The notes under the pieces are model-generated. The model did not search any database, was not told where the DNA came from, and worked only from the letters and a program-made list of their open reading frames with translations. The position numbers were made by a program, and so were the translations under genes. Below, piece after piece: positions 1 to 10,549 of a DNA stretch of 64,000 nucleotides (its first letter is position 1; every line of letters starts with the position of its first letter). The DNA lies in the NCBI RefSeq assembly GCF_058153355.1, contig NZ_CM177019.1; one strand, 5' to 3'.

Positions 1-1
1 A

Positions 2-445
2 TTGCGCGTCTGGCTGAAGTTTGCCTTTGGCTTACTGCTGATGGCTTGTGGCTTTATGTTGCTGGCATTTGATGCCCGACATGCAGCGGCTGGCGGTCAA
101 GCGTCAATGGGCGTGATGATATCCGGGCTGGCGCTAATGGGCTTTGCTGAACTCTTTATTGACCCGGTGGCGATTGCGCAAATCACGCGTCTGAAAATGT
201 CTGGCGTATTAACCGGTATTTATATGCTGGCAACAGGCGCGGTCGCCAACTGGCTGGCAGGCGTCGTGGCACAGCAGACGACAGAGTCGCAAATTAGCGG
301 TATGGCAATTGCAGCTTACCAGCGATTCTTTTCTCAGATGGGAGAGTGGACGTTGGCTTGTGTCGCGATCATCGTGGTATTGGCCTTTGCTGTCCGTTTT
401 CTGTTTAGCACGCCGACGAATATGATACAGGAGAGCAACGATTAA
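2..445 (+). CDS. dtpC: Dipeptide/tripeptide:H+ permease DtpC (YjdL), C-terminal part; 5' end lies outside the window
   Basis: ORF runs off the window start; hydrophobic transporter C-terminus ending ...STPTNMIQESND; position immediately upstream of lysU as in E. coli. Confidence 0.8.
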   Translation: MRVWLKFAFGLLLMACGFMLLAFDARHAAAGGQASMGVMISGLALMGFAELFIDPVAIAQITRLKMSGVLTGIYMLATGAVANWLAGVVAQQTTESQISGMAIAAYQRFFSQMGEWTLACVAIIVVLAFAVRFLFSTPTNMIQESND

Positions 446-681
446 CTGTCGTAAAAACAATTGGTTATGAATAAATTAACTTTCAGTTTATCACACTAAT
501 AAATCGAGATTAATAAGTCATTTAAACCATTTTGATGGTTATTTATTAGTGATATCAACTTGAGGTAAGCGTTAGTTTCGATAAGATAAACTGAGTTATT
601 AATAGTCGAGGCAGATAATACAGTGTACCGATCTGTCTCTTTATCTACGCTAAATTGAAAGCTGGATTTAGAGGAACCAAA

Positions 682-2199
682 ATGTCTGAACGAGAAACAC
701 GGGGAGCCAATGAGGCTATTGATTTTAACGATGAACTGAGAAATCGCCGCGAAAAACTGGCGGCACTGCGTCAGCAAGGTGTGGCGTTTCCTAATGATTT
801 TCGCCGCGACCATACCTCTGACCAGTTGCACGAAGAGTTTGATGCGAAGGATAACCAGGAACTGGAATCCTTAAACATTGAAGTCTCGGTTGCTGGCCGA
901 ATGATGACCCGTCGTATCATGGGGAAAGCCTCCTTTGTAACGTTGCAGGATGTCGGTGGCCGTATTCAACTGTACGTTGCACGAGATAGCCTGCCAGAAG
1001 GTGTTTATAACGATCAGTTTAAAAAATGGGACCTCGGCGACATTATCGGTGCCCGCGGTACGCTGTTTAAGACGCAAACTGGTGAGCTTTCCATTCACTG
1101 TACTGAGTTACGCCTGCTGACTAAGGCACTGCGTCCATTGCCGGATAAATTCCATGGCTTACAGGATCAGGAAGTCCGTTATCGTCAACGTTATCTGGAC
1201 CTCATCGCTAACGATAAATCCCGTCAAACGTTTGTTGTCCGTTCAAAAATTCTGGCCGCTATCCGTCAGTTCATGGTCGCTCGCGGTTTTATGGAAGTAG
1301 AAACCCCAATGATGCAGGTAATTCCAGGTGGGGCATCTGCTCGCCCGTTTATTACCCATCATAATGCTCTGGATTTGGATATGTACCTGCGTATTGCGCC
1401 GGAGCTATATCTGAAACGTCTGGTTGTAGGTGGTTTTGAACGGGTATTCGAAATCAACCGTAACTTCCGTAATGAAGGTATTTCTGTTCGTCATAATCCT
1501 GAGTTCACGATGATGGAACTCTACATGGCGTATGCGGATTACCACGATTTGATTGAACTGACGGAATCACTGTTCCGCACTCTGGCACAAGAGGTACTGG
1601 GTACCACTAAAGTCACTTATGGCGAGCATGTGTTTGATTTCGGCAAACCGTTTGAAAAACTCACCATGCGCGAAGCAATCAAAAAATATCGTCCAGAAAC
1701 CGATATGGCGGACCTGGATAATTTTGATGCTGCTAAAGCATTAGCTGAATCTATCGGAATTACGGTAGAGAAAAGCTGGGGGCTGGGACGCATTGTCACG
1801 GAGATCTTTGATGAAGTGGCAGAAGCACATCTGATTCAGCCAACCTTTATCACGGAATATCCGGCAGAAGTGTCACCGCTGGCGCGCCGTAATGATGTTA
1901 ACCCGGAAATCACCGACCGTTTTGAATTCTTCATCGGTGGTCGTGAAATCGGTAATGGTTTTAGCGAATTAAACGACGCAGAAGATCAGGCTGAACGTTT
2001 CCAGGAACAGGTTAACGCTAAAGCTGCAGGTGACGACGAAGCCATGTTCTATGACGAAGATTACGTGACTGCGCTGGAATATGGTCTGCCGCCAACCGCG
2101 GGTCTGGGTATTGGTATCGACCGAATGATTATGCTGTTTACTAACAGTCATACTATTCGCGACGTTATTCTCTTCCCGGCGATGCGTCCACAGAAATAA
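682..2199 (+). CDS. lysU: Lysine--tRNA ligase, inducible isoform (505 aa)
   Basis: Translation [33 protein letters not shown]... is class II LysRS; start chosen at the ATG with upstream GAGGAA, not the longer ORF start at 655. Confidence 0.93.
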   Translation: MSERETRGANEAIDFNDELRNRREKLAALRQQGVAFPNDFRRDHTSDQLHEEFDAKDNQELESLNIEVSVAGRMMTRRIMGKASFVTLQDVGGRIQLYVARDSLPEGVYNDQFKKWDLGDIIGARGTLFKTQTGELSIHCTELRLLTKALRPLPDKFHGLQDQEVRYRQRYLDLIANDKSRQTFVVRSKILAAIRQFMVARGFMEVETPMMQVIPGGASARPFITHHNALDLDMYLRIAPELYLKRLVVGGFERVFEINRNFRNEGISVRHNPEFTMMELYMAYADYHDLIELTESLFRTLAQEVLGTTKVTYGEHVFDFGKPFEKLTMREAIKKYRPETDMADLDNFDAAKALAESIGITVEKSWGLGRIVTEIFDEVAEAHLIQPTFITEYPAEVSPLARRNDVNPEITDRFEFFIGGREIGNGFSELNDAEDQAERFQEQVNAKAAGDDEAMFYDEDYVTALEYGLPPTAGLGIGIDRMIMLFTNSHTIRDVILFPAMRPQK

Positions 2200-2209
2200 A
2201 TTTCATTTT

Positions 2210-2244
2210 AACGAACGAAGCAGTCAGACGACTGCTTCGTTCGT
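2210..2244. terminator. Inverted repeat (aacgaacgaagcagtc / gactgcttcgttcgt) between convergent lysU and ghoT; likely shared terminator
   Basis: 15-bp perfect stem seen in sequence 11 nt after the lysU stop; A/T-rich flank on the minus-strand side. Confidence 0.45.
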
Positions 2245-2317
2245 CGTTCCACAAATCCAGTTTCGAGGAGAGACGCTTCGTTTCAAGATAACCAGCGGGT
2301 CCACTCAACTACAGCTC

Positions 2318-2416
2318 CTAAAAGAGAGAAAAAAGTAATGCCACAGGCAGGCTCATTGGCCAGGTTATTCCGACCAGGAATGCACTAAGTAAACGAATAT
2401 GTGTTTTCTCATGTGA
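2318..2416 (-). pseudogene. ghoT: ghoT 3' fragment (codons 26-57 plus stop), separated from its 5' part by an IS66-family insertion
   Basis: Minus-strand translation continues F-I-S-H-E-K-T-H ... V-A-L-L-F-S-L-F-stop in frame with the 5' fragment at 4894-4968 once the IS and one target-duplication copy are removed. Confidence 0.85.
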
Positions 2417-2423
2417 GATAAAC
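2416..2423. repeat. Target site duplication AGATAAAC (left copy) of the IS66-family element
   Basis: Identical 8-mer directly flanks both IS ends (2416-2423 and 4893-4900). Confidence 0.85.
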
Positions 2424-2498
2424 GTAAGCGTCTTATCAGGACCGTCTGGCAAATTCCCGATGCTTTGGACAAAGTATCCACCACTAAATTAATAGTGG

Positions 2499-2927
2499 GT
2501 GATAAAAATGTCAGATATACAAAAAAATGCCTCTCCGGGAAGGCCTAAAGGGTGCCTGAATTATCCTCCTGAATTCAAACAACGACTCATAGAAGCATCA
2601 TTCCAGCCAGGTGTTTCAATTTCCAGACTGGCCCTGGACAATGGTATTAATGCCAATCTGTTGTTCAAATGGCGTCAGAAATGGCGGCAGGGGAAGATAA
2701 AATTGCCATCATCAGAATCAGGCAGAGAATCTCAGTTAATTCCTGTCACTATTGATGCCCAACTCCCAACTGCTCCGGCTAATGAGCCACTGACCGCAAG
2801 ACCGTCAGTAACACCGGAAATACACAGCATCTCCTGTGAGATTACGTTCAGAAACGGCACCCTTCGGTTGAACGGGGCAGTGAATGAAAATCTGCTGTCC
2901 TTGCTTATACAGGAGCTGAGACGGTGA
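2499..2927 (+). CDS. IS66-family accessory protein TnpA (orf1, 142 aa)
   Basis: First ORF of the element, small helix-turn-helix-like protein; stop overlaps the next ORF start (ATGA). Confidence 0.85.
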   Translation: MIKMSDIQKNASPGRPKGCLNYPPEFKQRLIEASFQPGVSISRLALDNGINANLLFKWRQKWRQGKIKLPSSESGRESQLIPVTIDAQLPTAPANEPLTARPSVTPEIHSISCEITFRNGTLRLNGAVNENLLSLLIQELRR

Positions 2928-3271
2928 TATCTCTCCCTGCAGGTTCGCGTATCTGGCTGGTTGCAGGTATCACCGATATGCGAAATGGCTTTAACGGCCT
3001 GGCCTCAAAAGTTCAGAACGTCCTGAAGGATGACCCGTTCTCCGGGCATCTGTTCATCTTCCGCGGACGCCGGGGTGACCAGATAAAAGTGTTGTGGGCT
3101 GACAGTGACGGACTGTGCCTCTTCACCAGACGCCTGGAGCGGGGCCGCTTCGTCTGGCCGGTCACCCGTGACGGCAAGGTGCACCTTACTCCGGCCCAGT
3201 TATCCATGCTTCTTGAGGGCATCGACTGGAAACACCCGAAACGAACGGAACGCGCTGGCATCCGCATATAA
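2924..3271 (+). CDS. IS66-family TnpB (orf2, 115 aa)
   Basis: Second ORF, translationally coupled to orf1, size and position typical of IS66 orf2. Confidence 0.85.
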   Translation: MISLPAGSRIWLVAGITDMRNGFNGLASKVQNVLKDDPFSGHLFIFRGRRGDQIKVLWADSDGLCLFTRRLERGRFVWPVTRDGKVHLTPAQLSMLLEGIDWKHPKRTERAGIRI

Positions 3272-3290
3272 CCCGTTGTAAAGTGAGGAT

Positions 3291-4862
3291 ATGGACACCT
3301 CACTTGCTCATGAGAATGCCCGCCTGCGGGCACTGTTGCAGACGCAACAGGACACCATCCGCCAGATGGCGAAATACAACCGCCTGCTCTCACAGCGGGT
3401 GGCGGCTTATGCTTCCGAAATCAACCGGCTGAAGGCGCTGGTTGCAAAACTGCAGCGCATGCAGTTCGGTAAAAGCTCAGAAAAACTTCGTGCAAAAACC
3501 GAACGGCAGATACAGGAAGCACAGGAGCGAATCAGCGCTCTTCAGGAAGAAATGGCGGAAACGCTGGGTGAGCAATATGACCCGGTACTGCCATCTCCCC
3601 TGCGCCAGTCTTCAGCCCGTAAACCGTTACCTGCCTCACTTCCCCGTGAAACCCGGGTCATCCGTCCGGAAGAGGAATGCTGCCCGGCCTGTGGTGGCGA
3701 ACTCAGTTCTCTGGGATGTGATGTGTCAGAGCAACTGGAGCTTATCAGCAGCGCCTTTAAGGTTATCGAAACACAACGTCCGAAACTGGCCTGTTGCCGG
3801 TGCGACCATATCGTGCAGGCTCCGGTGCCTTCAAAACCCATTGCACGCAGTTATGCCGGAGCGGGGCTTCTGGCCCATGTTGTCGCTGGAAAATATGCAG
3901 ACCATCTGCCGTTATACCGCCAGTCAGAAATATACCGTCGTCAGGGCGTGGAGCTGAGCCGTGCCACACTGGGGCGCTGGACAGGTGCTGTTGCTGAACT
4001 GCTGGAACCGCTGTATGACATCCTGCGCCAGTATGTGCTGATGCCCGGTAAAGTCCATGCCGATGATATCCCCGTTCCGGTCCAGGAGCCGGGCAGCGGT
4101 AAAACAAGGACTGCCCGGCTGTGGGTCTACGTTCGTGATGACCGTAACGCCGGTTCGGAAATGCCTCCGGCGGTCTGGTTCGCGTACAGCCCGGACCGGA
4201 AAGGTATCCATCCACAGAATCATCTGGCCGGTTACAGCGGAGTGCTTCAGGCCGATGCTTACGGTGGTTACCGGGCGTTGTACGAATCCGGCAGAATAAC
4301 GGAAGCCGCATGTATGGCTCATGCCCGGAGAAAAATCCACGATGTGCATGCAAGAGTGCCCACCGACATCACCACGGAAGCCCTGCAGCGTATCGGTGAA
4401 CTGTATGCCATCGAGGCAGAGGTCCGGGGCTGTTCAGCAGAACAGCGTCTGGCGGCAAGAAAAGCCAGAGCCGCGCCACTGATGCAGTCACTGTATGACT
4501 GGATACAGCAACAGATGAAAACACTGTCGCGTCACTCGGACACGGCAAAAGCGTTCGCATACCTGCTGAAACAGTGGGATGCACTGAACGTGTACTGCAG
4601 TAATGGCTGGGTGGAAATCGACAACAACATCGCAGAGAACGCCTTACGGGGAGTGGCCGTAGGCCGGAAAAACTGGCTCTTCGCGGGTTCTGACAGCGGT
4701 GGTGAACATGCTGCGGTGTTGTACTCGCTGATCGGCACATGCCGTCTGAACAATGTGGAGCCAGAAAAGTGGCTGCGTTACGTCATTGAACATATCCAGG
4801 ACTGGCCGGCAAACCGGGTACGCGATCTGTTGCCCTGGAAAGTTGATCTGAGCTCTCAGTAA
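3291..4862 (+). CDS. IS66-family transposase TnpC (orf3, 523 aa)
   Basis: Long ORF with N-terminal coiled-coil/leucine-zipper-like segment, CxxC...CxxC zinc-finger-like motif and DDE-type core, typical of IS66 transposases. Confidence 0.88.
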   Translation: MDTSLAHENARLRALLQTQQDTIRQMAKYNRLLSQRVAAYASEINRLKALVAKLQRMQFGKSSEKLRAKTERQIQEAQERISALQEEMAETLGEQYDPVLPSPLRQSSARKPLPASLPRETRVIRPEEECCPACGGELSSLGCDVSEQLELISSAFKVIETQRPKLACCRCDHIVQAPVPSKPIARSYAGAGLLAHVVAGKYADHLPLYRQSEIYRRQGVELSRATLGRWTGAVAELLEPLYDILRQYVLMPGKVHADDIPVPVQEPGSGKTRTARLWVYVRDDRNAGSEMPPAVWFAYSPDRKGIHPQNHLAGYSGVLQADAYGGYRALYESGRITEAACMAHARRKIHDVHARVPTDITTEALQRIGELYAIEAEVRGCSAEQRLAARKARAAPLMQSLYDWIQQQMKTLSRHSDTAKAFAYLLKQWDALNVYCSNGWVEIDNNIAENALRGVAVGRKNWLFAGSDSGGEHAAVLYSLIGTCRLNNVEPEKWLRYVIEHIQDWPANRVRDLLPWKVDLSSQ

Positions 4863-4892
4863 ATATCAATACGGTTCTGGCGAGCCGCTTAC

Positions 4893-4968
4893 AGATAAAC
4901 CAGATAATGACAAAGTATATGTTCACACCAATCACATAAAAAATTAATATTTTAGAGAATAGTGCCAT
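4893..4968 (-). pseudogene. ghoT: ghoT 5' fragment (codons 1-25, MALFSKILIFYVIGVNIYFVIIWFI) reading into the IS right end to give a 61-codon chimeric ORF (4783-4968)
   Basis: N-terminus matches the GhoT small membrane toxin; sequence after codon 25 is IS-derived; native continuation is found at 2318-2416. Confidence 0.85.
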
Positions 4969-4995
4969 TTTTTATGTTCTTCTTATCCTTCCTGA

Positions 4996-5292
4996 CTACT
5001 TGTAAAACTGACGGAAATAGTCATCAACTGTCATAATGTTGAGGTCAAAATCAATATCCGGTAAGTCTAAGCATTTGAGCCTGATTAAATCTTCGATTTC
5101 ACTTGCGGCTAACGATGTCGTTATTGCGAAGGAATTTTCATTCAATTGTCGTGGTATCCCATATTCATCAGCCACGATAGAGGAGAAATTCATATCATAC
5201 ATCAATGATCTTAACCTTAAGAACACTGAGGAATAAGATGATGGATAATCAAAAGAAACAACATAAGTATTGAACTTGTTTTTACCTTCCAT
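4996..5292 (-). CDS. ghoS: Type V antitoxin GhoS (YjdK), 98 aa
   Basis: Translation MEGKNKFNTYVVSFDYPSSYSSVFLRLRSLMYDMNF...; located immediately upstream of ghoT on the same strand. Confidence 0.85.
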   Translation of the reverse strand: MEGKNKFNTYVVSFDYPSSYSSVFLRLRSLMYDMNFSSIVADEYGIPRQLNENSFAITTSLAASEIEDLIRLKCLDLPDIDFDLNIMTVDDYFRQFYK

Positions 5293-5518
5293 AATATGAC
5301 TCCTATCAATATTAAACGCTCTGGGGACGCACAACTTATTAACCCCGATCGATGATTCTCATATAGGAGATATTCTTTTTTTTGCTCAGTAAAGGGGATG
5401 ACTTGGGACAAGAAAACGCTCTCTCTGACCATTCTTTGTGCATCCCCCTACCCTTCAGATGCTCTCCTGCATCACACCGCGGAGAGCATGAAAAATATCG
5501 TGACTCTGTACTCTCCCA

Positions 5519-5791
5519 TCAACTGCGAATATCATCATACTCCCGTGTTTTATCAAATTCGTGTTTCGCAAATGGACATAATGGGATAATTTTTCGTTTT
5601 TCCCGACGCATTTTTTCCACGACTTTCGCAACCAGCTGTTTACCAATCCCTTGTCCTTTCAGGCTTTCATCGACATCGGTATGTTCGATAATCGCTAAAT
5701 TCTCTCCGGTCGGCACAAAGACAATTTCAGCGATTTGCTTGCCCTGTTCGTCATTAATGTAAAATTTATTGTGGCCTTCGTGTATTTCCAT
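5519..5791 (-). CDS. yjdJ: GNAT-family N-acetyltransferase YjdJ (90 aa)
   Basis: Translation [27 protein letters not shown]...; conserved E. coli neighbour of yjdI. Confidence 0.85.
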   Translation of the reverse strand: MEIHEGHNKFYINDEQGKQIAEIVFVPTGENLAIIEHTDVDESLKGQGIGKQLVAKVVEKMRREKRKIIPLCPFAKHEFDKTREYDDIRS

Positions 5792-5802
5792 TTTACCCTC
5801 GC

Positions 5803-6033
5803 TTATTTATGACGGTATTTCAGCGCGCCGCTCGGGCACGTATCAATCACTTTAACCACAGTGGCAACGTCGACTTCATCCGGCATGATCCACGGCTTTC
5901 GTTTGAGATTAAATAACTTGCCGTTGCCACGTACGCAATTGCCAGAATGCTGACATATCGCAGTGTTGAAATAGACATCGATCTTTTCGCCGGTATAACA
6001 GCGATAACCCCCGTCCAGTAGCGCCTGATCCAT
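5803..6033 (-). CDS. yjdI: Small Cys-rich protein YjdI (76 aa)
   Basis: Translation [39 protein letters not shown]...; divergent from dcuS. Confidence 0.85.
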   Translation of the reverse strand: MDQALLDGGYRCYTGEKIDVYFNTAICQHSGNCVRGNGKLFNLKRKPWIMPDEVDVATVVKVIDTCPSGALKYRHK

Positions 6034-6213
6034 GACCTTCCCTCTCTCATCAGTATGGTTTTCACTATAAGCATAGCCCTGGAATCTTCATACAGCACTG
6101 GCAGTTTCCGTTGCCAGAGTCTCTTCCCCTATATAGCCAATCATTCTTACTCCCTTTGAATTACCCGCCTCATCAGAGATAATGCTTAAGAAATTTGTCA
6201 CACAAGGAAGCTG

Positions 6214-7845
6214 ATGAGACATTCATTGCCCTACCGCATATTACGCAAACGTCCGATGAAATTGAGTACCACTGTGATCTTAATGGTCAGCGCGGTACTG
6301 TTCTCGGTGCTATTGGTGGTGCATCTGATTTACTTCTCGCAAATCAGTGATATGACGCGAGACGGGCTAGCCAACAAGGCACTGGCAGTGGCGCGTACTC
6401 TCGCCGACTCGCCGGAAATCCGTCAGGGCTTGCAGAAAAAACCGCAGGAGAGCGGCATCCAGGCCATCGCGGAAGCCGTGCGCAAACGCAACGATCTGCT
6501 GTTTATTGTCGTTACCGATATGCAAAGTCTTCGCTACTCGCATCCTGAAGCCCAGCGTATTGGTCAGCCATTTAAAGGTGATGACATCCTTAAAGCGCTG
6601 AATGGCGAAGAAAATGTCGCTATCAATCGCGGTTTTCTGGCGCAGGCTTTACGCGTATTTACCCCCATCTACGATGAAAATCATAAACAAATTGGCGTGG
6701 TGGCGATCGGCCTTGAGTTAAGTCGCGTGACCCAACAGATCAATGACAGTCGCTGGAGCATCATCTGGTCGGTATTATTTGGCATGCTGGTCGGGCTGAT
6801 TGGCACCTGCATTCTGGTTAAGGTACTGAAAAAAATCCTTTTCGGCCTGGAACCCTACGAAATCTCCACGCTGTTTGAGCAACGCCAGGCCATGTTGCAG
6901 TCGATCAAAGAAGGCGTCGTTGCCGTGGACGATCGCGGCGAGGTCACGCTGATCAACGATGCCGCACAAGAATTGCTGAATTACCGTAAGTCGCAGGACG
7001 ATGAGAAACTGTCGACGCTAAGCCACTCGTGGTCACAGGTGGTAGATGTCTCGGAAGTGTTACGCGACGGTACCCCGCGGCGCGACGAAGAGATTACGAT
7101 TAAAGACCGGCTATTACTGATCAACACCGTTCCGGTGCGCAGTAATGGCGTTATCATCGGTGCCATTTCAACCTTCAGGGACAAAACTGAAGTACGTAAA
7201 CTGATGCAGCGACTCGATGGTCTGGTCAACTATGCTGACGCACTTCGTGAACGATCCCACGAATTTATGAATAAATTGCATGTGATTCTCGGATTATTGC
7301 ATCTGAAGAGTTATAAGCAGTTGGAAGATTACATTCTCAAAACAGCCAATAACTATCAGGAAGAGATTGGCTCTCTGCTGGGTAAGATCAAATCTCCGGT
7401 TATCGCTGGTTTTTTAATCAGCAAGATTAACCGCGCGACCGATTTAGGCCATACGCTGATTTTAAACAGTGAAAGCCAGCTGCCAGACAGCGGCAGTGAG
7501 GACCAGGTCGCGACGCTGATTACCACGTTGGGAAATCTGATAGAAAACGCGCTGGAAGCATTAGGGCCGGAACCCGGTGGCGAAATTAGCGTAACATTGC
7601 ACTACCGTCACGGCTGGCTGCACTGTGAAGTTAACGATGATGGACCGGGGATCGCACCCGACAAAATCGATCACATTTTTGACAAAGGTGTCTCGACAAA
7701 AGGAAGCGAGCGAGGCGTCGGTTTAGCACTTGTCAAACAACAGGTAGAAAATCTCGGCGGCAACATCGCCGTGGAATCGGAACCCGGGATTTTCACACAA
7801 TTTTTTGTCCAGATACCCTGGGACGGGGAGAGGTCGAACAGATGA
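6214..7845 (+). CDS. dcuS: C4-dicarboxylate sensor histidine kinase DcuS (543 aa)
   Basis: Two transmembrane segments flanking a periplasmic sensor domain, PAS and HATPase regions; recognised sequence. Confidence 0.93.
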   Translation: MRHSLPYRILRKRPMKLSTTVILMVSAVLFSVLLVVHLIYFSQISDMTRDGLANKALAVARTLADSPEIRQGLQKKPQESGIQAIAEAVRKRNDLLFIVVTDMQSLRYSHPEAQRIGQPFKGDDILKALNGEENVAINRGFLAQALRVFTPIYDENHKQIGVVAIGLELSRVTQQINDSRWSIIWSVLFGMLVGLIGTCILVKVLKKILFGLEPYEISTLFEQRQAMLQSIKEGVVAVDDRGEVTLINDAAQELLNYRKSQDDEKLSTLSHSWSQVVDVSEVLRDGTPRRDEEITIKDRLLLINTVPVRSNGVIIGAISTFRDKTEVRKLMQRLDGLVNYADALRERSHEFMNKLHVILGLLHLKSYKQLEDYILKTANNYQEEIGSLLGKIKSPVIAGFLISKINRATDLGHTLILNSESQLPDSGSEDQVATLITTLGNLIENALEALGPEPGGEISVTLHYRHGWLHCEVNDDGPGIAPDKIDHIFDKGVSTKGSERGVGLALVKQQVENLGGNIAVESEPGIFTQFFVQIPWDGERSNR

Positions 7846-8561
7846 TCAATGTATTAATTATCGATGACGACGCAATGGTCGCGGAGCTGAATCGCCGATA
7901 CGTGGCACAAATCCCAGGCTTTCAATGCTGTGGAACAGCCTCGACGCTGGAGAAAGCCAAAGAGATTATCTTCAATAGCGATACGCCTATCGACCTGATA
8001 TTGCTCGATATCTATATGCAAAAAGAGAACGGGCTCGATTTACTGCCTGTCCTGCATAACGCGCGTTGCAAAAGTGATGTGATTGTCATCTCCTCCGCAG
8101 CCGATGCGGCAACCATTAAAGATTCGCTGCATTACGGTGTCGTGGATTACCTGATCAAACCCTTCCAGGCTTCCCGCTTTGAAGAGGCGCTCACCGGCTG
8201 GCGGCAAAAGAAAATGGCGCTGGAAAAACATCAGTATTATGACCAGGCCGAGCTTGATCAGCTAATCCACGGCAGCAGCTCCAACGAGCAGGATCCTCGT
8301 CGCTTGCCAAAAGGCTTAACGCCGCAGACGTTACGCACGCTGTGCCAGTGGATTGACGCGCATCAGGACTATGAGTTTTCAACCGACGAGCTGGCTAACG
8401 AGGTTAACATCTCGCGTGTTTCCTGCCGTAAATACCTCATTTGGCTGGTCAACTGCCACATCTTGTTCACCAGTATCCATTATGGCGTCACGGGGCGTCC
8501 AGTTTACCGTTACCGTATTCAGGCAGAACACTACTCACTACTGAAACAATATTGCCAATAA
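7842..8561 (+). CDS. dcuR: Response regulator DcuR (239 aa)
   Basis: Receiver domain (ILLDIYM...) plus C-terminal helix-turn-helix; start overlaps the dcuS stop (ATGA). Confidence 0.93.
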   Translation: MINVLIIDDDAMVAELNRRYVAQIPGFQCCGTASTLEKAKEIIFNSDTPIDLILLDIYMQKENGLDLLPVLHNARCKSDVIVISSAADAATIKDSLHYGVVDYLIKPFQASRFEEALTGWRQKKMALEKHQYYDQAELDQLIHGSSSNEQDPRRLPKGLTPQTLRTLCQWIDAHQDYEFSTDELANEVNISRVSCRKYLIWLVNCHILFTSIHYGVTGRPVYRYRIQAEHYSLLKQYCQ

Positions 8562-9131
8562 CGGATCGCTGGTTATCTGTAAGTAATAATTATTACCGTA
8601 ATGCAAAATACCCCTGGCACAAGTTACATCGTTCATCAGTAAAACTTGTGCCAGATCAAATATAATTATCCCTCCATCATCGCTAAAAATTAATATCTCT
8701 TCAGGTGAACGGTGTTTTTAATTTCAAAACGCTAACAAAAGTTAATTAACTATTATGTCACCCACATTATGTATATTTTTACCCACAAATGGGTAGATCA
8801 GATTAATCTATAAACCTAATGATATCTGCCCTGAGAACAAAAAACAGACCGATAAATATCAATAAGATAACAGCAAACAAAACATTAACATCTGCGTAGT
8901 ACAAACTATAAACCCATCGCCAGAGAGTATTTCTCTCTGAAAAAACCGCTTATCACAGTGCATAAATTTGCCGCTGCTTTAATCAGCCAATATTCACTGT
9001 GAGGTATTTACTCAAGCCGGTAACGACCAAACGGATATTTAGTCAAGCTCTGAAAACAGTTCATACAAAACAGAACGTGACTGTGATCTATTCAGCAAAA
9101 ATTTAAATAGGATTATCGCGAGGGTTTACAC

Positions 9132-10472
9132 ATGTTATTTACTATCCAACTTATCATAATACTGATATGTCTGTTTTATGGTGCCAGAAAGGGCGGTATC
9201 GCGCTGGGTTTATTAGGCGGTATCGGCCTGGTCATTCTGGTCTTCGTCTTCCACCTTCAGCCAGGTAAACCACCGGTTGATGTCATGCTGGTTATCATTG
9301 CGGTGGTGGCGGCCTCGGCGACCTTGCAAGCTTCGGGCGGTCTTGATGTCATGCTGCAAATTGCCGAGAAGCTGCTGCGCCGCAATCCGAAATATGTCTC
9401 CATTGTCGCACCGTTTGTAACCTGCACGCTGACCATTCTTTGCGGTACGGGCCACGTGGTTTACACCATTCTGCCGATCATCTACGACGTTGCTATTAAG
9501 AACAACATCCGTCCGGAACGTCCGATGGCGGCAAGTTCTATCGGTGCACAGATGGGGATTATCGCAAGCCCAGTGTCGGTTGCGGTCGTATCTCTGGTTG
9601 CGATGCTGGGTAATGTCACCTTTGATGGTCGCCATCTTGAGTTCCTCGACCTGCTGGCAATCACCATTCCATCGACGTTAATCGGTATCCTGGCGATCGG
9701 TATCTTCAGTTGGTTCCGCGGTAAAGATCTGGATAAAGATGAAGAGTTCCAGAAATTCATCTCCGTACCGGAAAACCGTGAGTATGTTTACGGTGATACC
9801 GCGACGCTGCTGGATAAAAAACTGCCGAAAAGCAACTGGCTGGCAATGTGGATCTTCCTCGGGGCAATCGCTGTAGTTGCACTTCTTGGTGCTGATTCGG
9901 ACCTGCGTCCATCCTTCGGTGGCAAACCGCTGTCGATGGTACTGGTTATTCAGATGTTTATGCTGCTAACCGGGGCGCTGATTATTATCCTGACCAAAAC
10001 CAATCCTGCGTCTATCTCAAAAAACGAAGTCTTCCGTTCCGGTATGATCGCCATCGTGGCGGTGTACGGTATCGCATGGATGGCGGAAACCATGTTCGGT
10101 GCGCATATGTCTGAAATTCAGGGCGTACTGGGTGAAATGGTGAAAGAGTATCCGTGGGCCTATGCCATTGTTCTGCTGCTGGTTTCCAAGTTTGTAAACT
10201 CTCAGGCCGCGGCGCTAGCGGCGATTGTTCCGGTCGCGCTGGCGATCGGCGTTGACCCGGCATACATCGTGGCTTCAGCACCGGCTTGCTATGGTTATTA
10301 CATCCTGCCGACTTATCCGAGCGACCTGGCAGCGATTCAGTTTGACCGTTCCGGCACCACCCACATCGGTCGCTTCGTCATCAACCACAGCTTTATTCTG
10401 CCGGGGTTGATTGGTGTGAGCGTATCGTGCGTCTTCGGCTGGATCTTCGCTGCGATGTACGGGTTCTTATAA
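9132..10472 (+). CDS. dcuB: Anaerobic C4-dicarboxylate antiporter DcuB (446 aa)
   Basis: Polytopic membrane protein; recognised DcuB sequence; upstream of fumB. Confidence 0.93.
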
Positions 10473-10481
10473 ATGCACTTT

Positions 10482-10517
10482 GCGTGCCGCCCGTGACTGC
10501 GCGGCACGCCATTTTCG
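10482..10517 (+). terminator. Stem-loop gcgtgccgc...gcggcacgc followed by cattttcg, after dcuB
   Basis: 9-bp GC-rich inverted repeat plus T-rich tail seen in sequence; may attenuate, not fully terminate, since fumB follows. Confidence 0.4.
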
Positions 10518-10549
10518 AATAACAAATACAGAGTTACAGGCTGGAAGCT

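Larger units (their letters stand above)
2424..4892 (+). mobile_element. IS66-family insertion sequence (about 2469 bp), three-ORF organisation, imperfect terminal inverted repeats beginning GTAAGCG
   Basis: Left end GTAAGCGTCTTATCAGGACCG; reverse complement of right end GTAAGCGGCTCGCCAGAACCG; tnpA/tnpB/tnpC ORFs of 142/115/523 aa; 8-bp direct repeats; interrupts ghoT. Confidence 0.9.

Noticed and set aside
3442-4353. Overlapping alternative-frame ORFs inside the IS66 tnpC gene (3442-3957 +, 3763-4353 -, 3924-4349 -)
   Set aside because: Nested within the transposase gene; their Arg/Pro/Ser-rich translations are typical of out-of-frame GC-rich sequence
5382-5762. 126-codon plus-strand ORF in the ghoS-yjdJ interval
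   Set aside because: Overlaps yjdJ on the opposite strand, lacks a ribosome-binding site, and its low-complexity Ser/Cys-rich translation has no recognisable family
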